DNA of 63,877 bases, filler included, from Folioceros fuciformis (lineage: Eukaryota): NCBI GenBank assembly GCA_049999805.1. It is 8 parts of 8 records of this genome, joined end to end, with 100 filler letters (N's around TTAATTAATTAA, not from the genome) between each part and the next. Parts side by side here need not be neighbours in the genome. Positions count along the whole stretch, not along the records: positions 24,814 to 41,840 come from JBNGIO010001331.1; 7 more parts are not named here. One strand, given 5' to 3'. The translations under genes were made by a program, and so were the position numbers. The notes under the pieces were generated by a model. The model did not search any database and was not told where the DNA came from. It saw only the letters and a program-made list of their open reading frames with translations. Of the stretch, positions 26,148 to 38,578 are shown in pieces; position 1 is the first letter of the stretch; each line of letters begins with the position of its first letter.

Positions 26148-28400
26148 CTACATGGCGATCATTTTGAACGCATTTGGGGGCATCTCAGAAAGTGCCCGAT
26201 ACGTGTCACTGGTGGGAACACAGCCGCTTCTCTTCATCTCAGCAAATAACTTGGAGGCTTCAAGAAACCTCTCTTTATCTCCTAAGCACCTGATGACGGC
26301 AGTGTAACTCGCCACATCAAGAGCCAGACCTTTCTTCTTCATGTTTTCGTAGAAGGTTAAGACCTCGTCAGCACGTCCTGTCCTAGCAAGGGTATGAAGT
26401 GCCGCATTGTACACCATCACGTCCTGAAGCCCCTCTTCTCCTTGTGACCTTTCGAACAATCTGAGACCTGCCTCCGTATCACCTACCTTGCCCAACCCCC
26501 TTATCATCGCGGCAGATATCCTGGACTGCAGCTCCTGGCCAAGACCACTGAATCTCTTGAGAACTACCTCAGCATCTTGGAGTTGACCTGCTTCACACAG
26601 CCCTTCGACAAGCACCTCGTACAAGGAACCGTCCATGGGGACCTGATTCTCTTTCATACTTGCAATGAGATCCCCAACTACAGAAGTCTTGCCCTCCCTT
26701 GCTAAACGCTGCACCAGCATTTTGTACAGATCTGCATGGCAGTCTAGTTGCTTCTCCCACATTTCTTTGACGAGCAGAAGCGCCTCATCCGTCTTGCCAG
26801 TCTCACAAAATCGATGTATCAATACGTTGTAAGTCTCCGGGTCCACAATATCAAGCCCACTGCTTCTAACCTCCTGATACACTGCCCACATCACAGCATC
26901 ACCTCGAGGCCCCTTGCCCATTATGTCAATGACTGTGGAGCATAAGACTACGCTTGGCTTCCTCCGTTTTTTCAAGTCTGCCCACAGGCGTTCTGCCGCA
27001 AATATGTCGCAGGCTTCTGCCATGAACCCTTTGCAGAAAAGACTGAGCAATGGTTCCACAACCTCATCTGCCATGAACCTCGTCCCTCCATTACGCAGGT
27101 TGCGATACAGAACTGACGCTTCCTTAATCCGGCCCGCCGATCCGAAGGCAAGGATGGCGTTCGTTCCTACACGTGACCTGATCCGGATACGTTGTTCGAC
27201 AGCTCGGTCAATCAACTTTCTTGCCTCATCCAGGTCACCCGCTTGGACCAGATACTGTACCAACATGTTTCGACACCTCTCACTCCGGTCACCCCGGCCC
27301 GTACACTTGCCCTCCTTGTAAAGACTGGCAGCCTCCTCTTTCAATCCCGCTTTAACTAGGAACGTCAAAAGCATGGCATAGCAATTACTGTTCAGTTCCA
27401 ATTTCTCTTCTTTCAGTTGGCGATACAAAGTACCTGCATGAACCACATTCCCACGCTTCGCACATCTGGCCAGAAAAAAATACAGATGCTTGGGAGTTGC
27501 AAAATGACCCTTGGCTCCCAGTGTCCTAAACAGCTCGGGCAAGTCGCTCTCTTCTCCGATGACGGCAGCGTAGAAGGAGGCATATATTTTCGCATCCGGC
27601 TTGCAATGGAAGGCCTCCATCTGATCTATTGCCGCTAACGCTAAATCACCTCTGTTCGTCGCCGCGAAAGCAAAGAAAAGATGGTGGAAGTGATACACGG
27701 ACAAACGATGACCAGCTTCCAGCATGTCTTCCAACAAAACCTGGGTTGTGCCTATGTCGCCAGCTCTCAAGCAGTCCGGAATCAAGTTCAAGTAATCGTT
27801 GGCACGAGGTGCATAGCCCTGCGCTCTGGCCCACATGACAAACTCCGCCGCCACCTTCGGATCAAGATTCCTAGCCGCCAGCACCTGGCGGACATCCTGA
27901 TGTTCCAACCTCAAGTTGAGACCCGCAAGCTGCTGCGCAAGCTCGGATTCCCAGGGCCGTTCCAACACTTTCAAAATGCGACCAACCCCTTCCCGCGGGA
28001 GAGCAACGGGGGCTGCCTCCAGCACCGGTTTGCTAGATTCTTCATTAGCCACTGACCTGTCATCTTGCTCCTTGTTGCCCACAGTGCGGCTAACAGCTGC
28101 CCCTGATCCTGGGGCTTCTTCCATACCATCCCGGCCTGTTGTAAGGAACCTGGAACCGCTTCCGATTCCAGAATTTCCGGCGGGAGGAATAGGCTCCACT
28201 CGAGAGCCTTGCAAACACCGCACATTGCCGGCCTCAAAAACGCTCAGGCTTCTGACTCCACACACGTGCAAGTCATACAGACGAGATGCCCGTCCTAAAT
28301 CTGTTGATCCAATGCAGCCTTGTCCCTGCCAGTCCCTCCAAAACGAAACCACGACATTCCATGCTATATCCTTCCTGAGCCTGCTGCTCCACCTGCTCAT
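26148..28400 (-). CDS. P-class pentatricopeptide repeat protein, probably organelle-targeted; intronless
   Basis: Degenerate 35-aa P repeats (TYNVLIHRFCETGKTDEALLLVKEM, VYNAALHTLARTGRADEVLTFYENM, SYTAVIRCLG...MKRSGCVPTSDTY). First in-frame ATG (MSRWSSRLRK, Arg/Ser-rich) is at 28400. Confidence 0.88.
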   Translation of the reverse strand: MSRWSSRLRKDIAWNVVVSFWRDWQGQGCIGSTDLGRASRLYDLHVCGVRSLSVFEAGNVRCLQGSRVEPIPPAGNSGIGSGSRFLTTGRDGMEEAPGSGAAVSRTVGNKEQDDRSVANEESSKPVLEAAPVALPREGVGRILKVLERPWESELAQQLAGLNLRLEHQDVRQVLAARNLDPKVAAEFVMWARAQGYAPRANDYLNLIPDCLRAGDIGTTQVLLEDMLEAGHRLSVYHFHHLFFAFAATNRGDLALAAIDQMEAFHCKPDAKIYASFYAAVIGEESDLPELFRTLGAKGHFATPKHLYFFLARCAKRGNVVHAGTLYRQLKEEKLELNSNCYAMLLTFLVKAGLKEEAASLYKEGKCTGRGDRSERCRNMLVQYLVQAGDLDEARKLIDRAVEQRIRIRSRVGTNAILAFGSAGRIKEASVLYRNLRNGGTRFMADEVVEPLLSLFCKGFMAEACDIFAAERLWADLKKRRKPSVVLCSTVIDIMGKGPRGDAVMWAVYQEVRSSGLDIVDPETYNVLIHRFCETGKTDEALLLVKEMWEKQLDCHADLYKMLVQRLAREGKTSVVGDLIASMKENQVPMDGSLYEVLVEGLCEAGQLQDAEVVLKRFSGLGQELQSRISAAMIRGLGKVGDTEAGLRLFERSQGEEGLQDVMVYNAALHTLARTGRADEVLTFYENMKKKGLALDVASYTAVIRCLGDKERFLEASKLFAEMKRSGCVPTSDTYRALSEMPPNAFKMIAM

Positions 28401-28748
28401 TTTTGTCCTACCGTCATTCAGCGCCTGGTAAATCCGAAATCCCGGCCTATTGTTAGGAACCGAGAACCCCTGCCGATTCCAGAATTTCAGGCGGGAGGAA
28501 TAGGCTCCACTCGAGAGCCTTGCAAACACCGCACATAGCCGGCCTCAAAAAGTGCTCAGGCTTCTGACCCCACCCACGAGCAAGTCATGCAGACGAGATG
28601 CCCGGTCTCAGTCTGTTGAACCTATGCAGCGTTACCCCTGCCGGTACCTCCAACAGGAAACCACGGCTTTCCACGCTCAATCCTTCCTGAGCCTGCTGCT
28701 CCACCTGCTCATCTTCTCCCTACATTCATTCAGCGCCTGGCAAATCCA
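28160..28748 (-). repeat. ~310-bp tandem duplication of the PPR 5' coding region; upstream copy is frameshifted and carries a premature stop
   Basis: CGATTCCAGAATTTC..GGAGGAATAGGCTCCACTCGAGAGCCTTGCAAACACCGCAC...CAGCGCCTGG.AAATCC occurs at ~28163-28435 and ~28473-28748. Confidence 0.9.
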
Positions 28749-29264
28749 CCTGAAATAGTCAGCAGTGAAGTGAAATCATTCCCACTTGCAGCATCCGACC
28801 CTACAAGATGAGGATGGGGAGACACAAGCCCGACGATCTGCAGCTCATCCATGCTTGATCATCAACTCCGCAACTGTTCCGCAGGATTGAGAAGCGGCAC
28901 AGGAGATGATCAAGGGTTTAGGGCTTTACATTAGGGCTTCCCGCGGCACTCATGAACGGTGCTCTTCAGCTGAAGAGCAGCCGTTGGCAAAAGACACCGG
29001 CAAGAGAAAAGAAATGGTGCACCGGAAATGGTCTTTAGTCCCCAAATTTTCTACATAGTACTGTGCATACCAATAATCAGTGAGGTTAGGCTTACTTAAA
29101 GGCGCACGCCAGCCAACATGCGCCTACATCTTGGGGCGTGTCTACTGTGGCTCGCGTACTCAAAGCTGCCAATGAACCCTGTGTTACAGAATCAGCTGGC
29201 CGTTTCATAGCCAAGAGCCCTGCCGTGGCCGTGCCTGTCGGCCACGGCAACATTTGCATTCGTG

Positions 29265-31203
29265 ATGAGAGGGCTTCTTGTTCTGCACGCTGTCGGTGAG
29301 AGTGTGTTCTGAGAGGTGGAGATCGTTGTTAGGTCGAGGGCCACTTGGAGCGGTCGGGGGGGATCAGGATCAGCCCTTGAGCACCGCGACAGGCCATGGC
29401 GCAGGTGCATTTGGTGCGGTTATCTGCGGACCGCTTCCATATCAGCTCCGTGGCGGCTCCACGTACGCAAGCCTGGTTTGTTGCGGGGTTCGGAGGATTG
29501 TTGGTTGAGAATGTTTAAGGTTCTTGAAACTCTCTCCTTTGTCTGCAGAGAAATTCCGTCAGGGGGAAATTAAACTACGAGGGTGTAGGCTGAAGTGGCA
29601 GGGGCAAAAGGTGTTCGACTGATGCTCATGGTCACATAATTTCCTGCACCTGCTGCATGATATCGGGTGTTATTGAGCATGATGTTCCTTTATGTGGAGA
29701 ACAGCTGAATCAGCGGCGGAGGGCGAAGTGTCACGCTGCCCTGGAAGATGATCTGCCAATTGCCATAGCCATTGGCGCGTGTGTGGCAAGCAGTCTCTTC
29801 CTGCCCCCTGGCGGAGATGGAAGTGGTGCAGACGACAGCAAAGATAGCTCAGGTGGCGCCGATGATATTCGGTCTGCAGCCATGGGGATTATCAGCTTCA
29901 TCCCTTTCTTCAACTGGTTGGTAAAGGTTTCGTGACCCTGATAAGTGAAGTCTGGAAACTTTGCCAGTCTTGTGCACGTTAGCTAGATCAGCGTTCAAGT
30001 GATCTTTCAAGTGGGGAACATGTCTGGCAAGACAGATCTTCTCCAATTGGTCTCCTGTATGTACAGCATGAGTGGTGACCCTTTTTGTCGGTGCCGTTGT
30101 GACCTTGTGCTGTTGTAGGCTTGGGTGTTCGCGTGGTTGGACACAAGAAGGACGCGATATTTGGTTTATTCAGTAGTCTACGCCACTCCTTATCTCAAGT
30201 ATGCTCAACTGTCTGAAACGTGATCTTCACTTACAGAACATGATTCTTGGTCAGCTTTTTGCTGAGTTTTTTTGGGAGGATGTTGTGAGGTTCCTGCATA
30301 GAAGACTCTATTGTACAACTTAATTGTGTGAGCTCGTCCGTGAGCTGATGTATTTTCTCATCCTGGATTGATGTTTTCTGGCTCTAGGAACGACTTCTCC
30401 CTATCGCCGGACGAAAGTTGGCTACCTTTGGCCAGTCTGGTTGCTTGTATAGTCCATGTGCAGGTAAGGTCAGCCCCATCTCGTCCCCTTACATGATCGC
30501 TCTTTCCCGGGCCGTACAGGTCATGGCTTTTACATTCATTATAATTTGTTGCTGCTGTTGTCAGATTGTGACGGATGGTAGGGTGTAGGCTTGCCCAGCG
30601 TCATGGGTCATTTGGAGTATGGGCATGCTGTTTGGGAGCATTGGCATATGTTCCATGTAGGCCATTATGCAGTGCCAGTCTTGCAAGGCGTAGCACTACT
30701 TCATGGTTGATCATGCCAATGAATATTGGGCTTTCTCCGTTATCCCCCAACACATTGTTTGGAATGTCCAGCTTGATACGAACAATGCAAGTGCAGAGCT
30801 GACAGATGGGTCCCTGCGGGACAAAACGCTGGACAACGCACCGGGAGGATTCTCTCTTTTTGATAAGCCGCTGTCACGAGTGAAGAGACAGCTTGAAAAC
30901 CTTCCGGCTTTCAGTAAACGTGGAGAGGGAAAGGCAAGTAGGCAAGGAGGTGGAATAACTACGGGTTTCGCTTAAGGGATTTCTTTCTTATTTGGTGGCA
31001 ACCAGGTCTCTTCACGAGCTGTTGCTTGTCCTCAGAGGCGTTCGGATGAACGAGAGAAGAAGCCTGCGGTGGAGCAATCAGAAGAAGAGATCCAAGCCGC
31101 CAAAGAGATTCAAGAGTGGCCTAAGACAGAGTTCAAGGAGTGGGACAAGAAGCTTGCCAATTCACAAGGTGGATCTGATGATGAGGACAAGGATCAAGGC
31201 TGA
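29265..31203 (+). CDS. Conserved plant membrane protein of unknown function, probably plastid-targeted (multi-exon; start uncertain)
   Basis: Spliceable exons: AIAIGACVASSL...DIRSAAMGIISFIPFFNWL | AWVFAWLDTRRTRYLVYSVVYATPYL | DFSLSPDESWLPLASLVACIVHVQ | LDTNN... | ...EFKEWDKKL. Stop TGA at 31201-31203. One intron has a GC donor (30934). Confidence 0.7.
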
Positions 31204-31540
31204 CGAGTGAGGTACTGTCTTTAGGGCAGTACGTCCGCATGGACAAGCATTCACCTTGGGAGCCCTAACCACTTCGTCACCAAAAGTTCATCTTTCTCGC
31301 CGCTTTCCGCTTTCACTTCGGACCAGGAACTTGTTCAGCGGATCCTGATCTTCGAATTCCCAAATCCACGTGTGGCAGTAGGCAGATCTGCTTCAGGTGT
31401 TTCCTCCCTCAGTTTTGCGATGCTTGCAGTTCTCGTGTCATTTTGATGTGTGTACTCCATGAACTTGGTGTAGTACCTCTTCCAGGCTTATTTACAGACA
31501 ATCATGAATCAATTTAGGACAGGTATGCCAACGTGTGTCT

Positions 31541-34500
31541 TCATCTAGGAAAAAGATCTTGGGTGCTCTCTGAACTCATGTTGCCTATGTAGTGTGTTGC
31601 ATCGGGCACGTCGACGGTGCCACGTGAACTGATGCTCTGCATTTCCATTTCCAGCACTTCTGTGAGCTCTCGCACCACCTGCATCATCTTGGGTCTTCTA
31701 GCGCCGCTGGTCCGTACGCACATCAAGGCAACCTCTAAAATCTTCCATGCCGCGTGTACGGAATAATTGACAGGCAGGACAGGGTCCACAATTCTGCGGA
31801 AATCTCCTTTCTCCACTTGAAATCGCGTCTGAGTGAGAACACCCGCAAGCGTGTCAGTGGGGCGGAGCACACATCCTCAACTCCAACAACTGTTGCTACT
31901 TACCCAATTGACGATGAACTTCATCTCCACCGGTGTCTCCTCAGCTTCGTCAAGGGCAAGTTTACCCGTGATCAGTTCCAGCAACACAATCCCAAAGCTG
32001 TACACGTCACTCTTCTCTGTGAGTATGCCCGAATAGCTGTACCTGCGCAAATTACACAATTTTGGAAACAGGCTTGTCAGACCTCTAACATACTTTCGTT
32101 CACACCAAAGGTTAACAAAGGTGCACGTACTCTGGATCGACGTAACCCTTGGTTCCCCTGACTTCCGTGGTAACATGGTCTGCCCCATCCGTAGTAAGCT
32201 TCGAGTACCCGAAGTCGGTGATCTTGACTTCGAGCATATTGGTGAGGAGAATGTTGGCACATTTCACATCGCGGTGTATTATGGCAGGATTACAGTAGTG
32301 GTGAAGGTACTCCAGCCCTGTTCAAGGCAACGCACAAATTGTAGTCACTGGCTGACACTCTTCCAGCAAGGAGAGGATGTGCACCCACAGAACTTCTTAC
32401 CCCTAGCAGCTTCCAAGGCAATTTGAAGTCTTTGTCTCCAGCTCAGGGGAAAGGATACTGCAGAAGAGCCTGCGAGTACCTCGTTAAGAATCAAATTCAC
32501 GTAACAGGATTACGGTATTGAGAAAATCTCGACGTGCGGACATGAATAAAATTGTTCTCGTTACTGGAAGTACCAAATAGTCGGCTGTGCAGACTTCCTC
32601 CGGACATGTATTCGTATACGAGAATCAGCTCCGTTGATTCTTGACAGTAGCCTACCATAGGAACCAAGTTTCTGTGATAAACTGTTGAGAGGAGTTGAAT
32701 CTGCAGACATTTAACGTCGTGAGTATACATGCCATTGCAATTGGCAACATCTGAGCACGTCTCACTTTCTCTGTCGCTTAAGGAATACCTCGTTGAGAAA
32801 CTCTCTGTGACCCTGGCGAGAGGTACTGGACAAGAACTTCACTGCGATCTCCTTTTGGCCTTCCATCACTCCATAGTAAACAGCCCCAAACCCACCCACT
32901 CCTATCTTTCTAGAGTAGCTGTTGGTCGCAGCGTCAATTTCTGCCAGGGTAAATGGTCTTGCTCTTCCTCCACCCAGGGAAATTGGCTGTAAAGGATGAA
33001 AAGACTGCATCTGAACATCTTCAGTATGGGCCCTCATTGTGTCTACATCCATCACATCAAACAAACTCCTGGTATTCAGATCACACTAGGAATAGCTGGA
33101 TCGCGAAGGGATGCCTGTAGACAAAGAGACATTTTGACAGGAGCTTCCCAACCACAAAATCATGCCGTCTCCCACCGACCTGCTGCTGGAGGTACCAGAA
33201 CATGCCACTTTTTTTGCCGCTGACAAAAAAAAACGGTGAGGGCCCCCACAGTTACGACGGCCAGGACAGCGAACACACTTCCAAAGACCAGTCCAACAAC
33301 GTTGTTCGAACTGCCTTTTCCCGGTTTCGATGGAGCAGGCACCGAGACCACTTGAGACCATGGTAGTTGGGAACCAGGGCACGGAATGCTGTTAGTCACA
33401 TCTGGTACACACACAAGCTGAGAATTCCCAAAGTATCTGCCACCGAGATTTCCACATTTAGAGGTCACGTATCTCAGCTGGTTCTATGCAGGGTGCTTGC
33501 TATGTTTGGGACAATTCGCAATGGCACAAGTAGGCCACCTGAAATTCGCTCCAAGTTGCGTCAGCGATGAGGGGAAACCGCCAGTCAACTGATTGTTAGA
33601 AACATCCCTGCAAGATGCGATGTCGTCACTCGTGCATAAAGTTGAGAGCAGGAGGAGTTAGATACAGTGCATAACCACAGTTCCAAACTGGAGAACTTGA
33701 AATGACTACTCACAACTTCTGGAGAGGCAAGCTTGAGATCCAGGATGGGAAGGAGCCCGTTAGCTGGTTGTTGGAGACATTACTGCACGTGAAAAGAGCA
33801 AAAATCAACCAAAAAACAGCCTTGATGTCAGCACAGAAGGCCACAAACTGCGAGGCTGCAACCGAGCTCACAGCAGCTCTGAACCATATACATCAGTCAT
33901 CCTGTCTTCCAAAAGTTTAAATTTTGCACTTGGAAACTTATGACACAATTAACATACAGATCCATAAGGAGAGCCAGGCCTGCAATGCTCGATGGAACAG
34001 GACCAGACAGTCCCTTACTGGACAAATCTCTGCTCACCAGTTGAACAAACAAACAGGCATAAGTCCGAGTCAACTTTGTGAAAATTAGTCCACCAAAGTG
34101 AACGAAATATACATCAAGATAACCTAAGCTCTTGATAACTCACAAAGCAGTGACTCTGTTTTTAGTACACAAAATTTCATCCCACGGGATAGGATAGCAT
34201 GGATCGCCCGCCCACTGTTCAAACCCAAAGGCTTGCTTAATGTTCAGCATTGCAGCCACTGCATTCAAAGACGTTCGGGCACAGGTTCCAATAGATCAGC
34301 CGAAACAGGCGCATTGCACGTGACTGGCGAGGCAATTTGGGAGAAGGACGTCCTTACCATCATCTGGATCTGTGTTTTCCATCAATGTCTCAACAAGGTA
34401 CAGCTCTTCTGCACTAACTATGGCATCGAAGTCCGATGCCCCATCTCTCATTAAAGTTGTGACCCAGGTATGCTGGCCATCAAGGTATCCTGCATCGCCC

Positions 34501-36026
34501 ACAGGATACAGCACTGCAGCCGTATGGAAGGGCGGTATGCCTGTTAGGTTGATAGCCCACATAAGCGGGCTCCAATTCACAGCCAGCAGCAGTGATCCCC
34601 TGCCACATAAGGAGTAAGCACAGTACCATCAGTTGCAAATTGTCCGTGCCTTGACAACCTTCCTTCCACCTCCAGACCGCAAAAAGTTGTGTGGTGTTCA
34701 ACAAGCATTAGCAGATGAGCGCGAAGGCTCTTCAACCAAAGCAGCTAATTTCTCTGTAGTACTTACATGTCAGATGGGGACCGAGTAGCATCATAGTCTG
34801 CTAAGTAGATCCAGCCACGAACAACTTTGGTAGTAGGTGGCAGACGATGGGACCAGCTCAATGATGCACCCGTGAGGGCAGTTTGCATGACGGTTGAAGG
34901 AGGATCGTTTGTCTCAAATAGATTCTCATTCGCAATGATCTGGGAAGTCGATACAGGAGTTCCCTGAGAAGCTAGCTCCGGGAAAACTTTCAAGTGAGGC
35001 AGCCAGATTCTGTCTCCTGAATCATCTGGAGACCTGCCATGACACTTTGTACACAAGTTCTTACAAGAAATCTCACAAACGCCAGGTACACAAGTGCTGA
35101 AGCCGACTGACAGAATTGACACCCAGCCTCCAAGCAAGCAGGAAAGAAAGGAAGCATAAGAGCTGTGAGGCAGAGGCAGAATGTTACCGGATGGTTCTGT
35201 TGAGCTCGCCGAAGTTGGCACGACTTATGAGATACAAGTTGGCATCACTAGGGCTCCCAAGGTAGGATGAAGGTGGGAGCAACCTGAGCTCAAGGGAGTT
35301 GATGAAGGGGGAGCTGGTGACTTCTGTTCGAATCAGACACACACTCACAGTAGACGAAATCGGTCCTATGATGGCCTCGTAGTGGACAGGCACCTCATTC
35401 CCACTGTCAATGCTGATATTCTGCCAAGGTGTGCTGTCCAATGCTATCTGTAAAGCAGCTTCCATCAACACAGCAGCAAGAGTGTTATAACGCTCATTCA
35501 GTAGTCAAACTGCCGCACCTGGAAATGGACACTAGGTGTTCCCATCAAGTCATAGTTGCCGTGATAAAATCCTGCTCGCACCAGGTAGGCATTGCCGGGC
35601 TCCACAGGCAGTGTATAACAATTTTTGGCAGGGGTGACGTTGCCTGGGAAGAACCTCAGTGTCTGCAGCTCCTCTGGAAGAACAGAGGGCGTAACATCGC
35701 CCGACCGCCCAGTGAAAATGTAACCTTGATCTCCCACCCAAGTAATTCCTGTGAGCTCATCCAAGCGGGGTCCAGCTGAGGTGCCACAGTCGATGCTGGT
35801 GAACCCTGGAGCGAGAGACAGACAAGCGGGGAGTAATGTGCGAGCAACCAAAAAGCACAATTCGGTGACCGCATCACGTGAAACAAGCGTTGTGGCGGCC
35901 ATTACATGGCATCGCATTGCCTGTGATCTTACCATTCTGTGCGAATGCAGGTGGAATCGAACTAGAACAGGAACCTAAAAGCAGCAGAAGGACTATGAAG
36001 CCTGGCACACATGGGCCGCCCATCAT
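31541..36026 (-). CDS. Malectin-like/LRR receptor-like kinase (LRR-I type, multi-exon)
   Basis: Signal peptide ([18 protein letters not shown]), malectin-like [47 protein letters not shown], juxta-LRR WAGDPC, about three LRR exons, a TM helix, and kinase [37 protein letters not shown]. Confidence 0.92.
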
Positions 36027-36262
36027 GCCACCGCAACGCCAGTCACACCACGTCCCCAGCTGCAATGTGCATCCTTGGTGACCAGGGACGCCATGAATCC
36101 ATTTTCGCTGTTGCGAGCAATTGCCTCAGCTGAGCGCTTCGAGTGAGCAACGAGGTGGATCAGTGGAGGATTTGACCATGCACCCTCCACGGACGTTGAC
36201 GAAAACTCCCGATGTGCTACCTGCAGAATCAGAGGCGTCCAAACATGGCTGTCACTGATTAA

Positions 36263-36425
36263 GGGGCGATGGTCAAGAGTTAACACCTACAGTGGTCGTG
36301 GATGAGGCCGCACTCTGAATGGCTTAATCCAAAAGCTGTAACTGATAAAGGGGCCATGGTCAAGAGTTAGCACCCACAGTGGTCGTGAGTGAGGGAGGCT
36401 GCACTCTGAGAATGCCTTAGTCCAA
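36263..36425. repeat. Imperfect ~88-bp direct repeat upstream of the receptor kinase
   Basis: GGGGC.ATGGTCAAGAGTTA.CACC.ACAGTGGTCGTG...GC.GCACTCTGA..ATG.CTTA.TCCAA occurs twice. Confidence 0.75.
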
Positions 36426-38578
36426 GGGCGGCGGACTAATCGGTACTCAGATGGGATCCCTAGAGGCGCCCGGAAGGATGCCCGTTCTTGCGCTTCTGGG
36501 GCCGAGTGTTTGACTACGCCTTAACGGGAGGATGGGGCTCATGGCTGATGTGAGATGATGTCTCATATGATGGAGACGGAGTTGTCTCCGCGGCGGATCG
36601 CCCATGACCGTCCGTTTGCACCGGAGTGGAGGGGAGGCTCAGCGCACATGGTGCGCCTGAGAGCCTGGAGGAATTGCTGCAACCGCTCCACTCACGGGAT
36701 GCCCTCTTGCTCACGCACCCACAATTTGCCCGCGCTCTCATCAAGATGGCTGCATGCCTTTCATGGCGAAGCGGGGAACGCATTCCAGGCCTTGCAGAAA
36801 ACTGACCCCGCATGCTTTCTACATGGGTTTTACTTGCCACCGGCACAGCCTTGGGCCAGTTGGGTCCTATACTTCAAGAGTGAAAAGCCGATCTGAAGCC
36901 GGTTTGGCGAGGAGGAGCCGGTTTGAAGTTTATCGCAACTTGCGAGCAGCTGACATCCCTGAAGTGAGGATTCTGGGGGCACACATCAGTGGTGCGCAAG
37001 CAGCATTGGGAGATGTGTCCACAGTACTGAGCTGCCATTAGCTTGGCTGCCACTCGTAGAGGTTGCATGCAAGCTTGGGCGCGGAGGACACTTACGTGCG
37101 TGCCTTCTTTCTGGAGGCCCGCGTTAGGGTTGCTGCGTTGTAGTCTAGAGGGCACTGCTCGCATCAAACATCGGTGCGAGAAGTGTCGACCCTCCTTGGC
37201 GGCGGTTTGCTGTTTCCAGATGGGCGTGCAGCGGCTGCGCCCTGAAGTTGGAGCCTGTAGGGCTCCTTGTACTGGGTGACGACGGCGGTCGCGGTATGGG
37301 AACCCCGCTCTCTGCCGGGCAGCATGCTTGCGTGTACGTACGCGGTGCCTGACCAGAGTCAACCAAAGGCCGTTCCCTTTGTGTGTGCAAGATCTTCAGA
37401 GTGACGTGGGTGTAGTGTCAGATGGGAAGTAGAGGACAATGCATGCGCATATCATCTCCCATCCCGGAAACTGGAATACGGCTTCCACTTCTGTAGCACA
37501 CGACCCTGGGCTGGGTCCAAGTAGAGAGCCAGGAAGACGTTATTCGTCAAGGATTCCAATGCCGTAAGTAGACCCAGCCGACACGACATGCATGTATGTG
37601 TAAGAGATGACTTCCGTCACCGGGAAAATGCACAAGGAAGCGCGTGGCGTGCAACTTTCTTCCGACCTGCTGGAAGCAATGGCTTTCAAGTGATGGACGA
37701 CTGCATCCACTTTGCAATAGGTCTCCACTTTGCAGAAATCGCCTCCACGCTCCTTGCTGCAAACTGTTATGTCGAAGAGTAGCCTAAGCTGGGGTTCCTG
37801 CTCATACTGCTAAAAGTAGTGACGAACACAGAGAGAACGAAGATCGGCAGACGGAACCAAATGTAAACTGTGGGCCTGAACGTAGATGACGAAGCCCAGT
37901 GTCAAAGCTGGAATTACGCAGAGTGATGAAAGTGAAAGACGAAGCCGGCCAGTCCGTGGCCGTGTGCAGGACCCACGCTGATCAGGGTCCGGGCTGTGCG
38001 TGCGCTTGGAAACTGGGTTCGGGCTGGACGCTTCTGAGGAGACATCACCGTCACTGGTCGAGACCCGATCTGTCTCCGTCTCTCTCTCACTTGACCGGGT
38101 GCACTGTGCCTGCAGTTCCGGCCTTAGAGGATCATGTTCCCAACTGGAGGTCGATAATCAACGCCAAAAGGACGGGGGGCTGACGGGGGCACTGCCTCTT
38201 CCCTCTTTCGTTCCAACTTGTAGCAGCAGAGGGGTCAAGGCGGAGGGAGTGCCAGGGCCAGGGCGGTCGACGGCCAGGGCTGGTCAGGTCCGGTGAGGTC
38301 AGGGTGTGACTTATTCTACAAATATCTTTCAAATTGTACGCTCTGAATGCTCCCAACTGTTTTCTTGTCTTGTTACGTGATTCCACAGGCTTTACATGCT
38401 GTCCCGCTGCATCGGAGACAGGCATCCAAAATTTCTTGGACCTGCCCAAATCACGCCTAGAGCGCTCGCACGGGGACAGTCAGCCTCAGGAGAGCAGCGC
38501 ATTGTGCAGGGAGTGGAGATCGGTGCTTGCTGGGCCTCGGATTCAGGGTCGGTTTCTATTTATGGACTGCGGTAGGTG

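Noticed and set aside
31318..31356. TCGGACCAGG (miR166 5' half) in a small imperfect hairpin
   Set aside because: Only 10 nt match and the stem is too short for a MIR precursor.
38189..38204. 16-nt identity to miR408 (GCACTGCCTCTTCCCT)
   Set aside because: Both ends of the mature sequence mismatch and no well-paired star arm is nearby. Probably chance.
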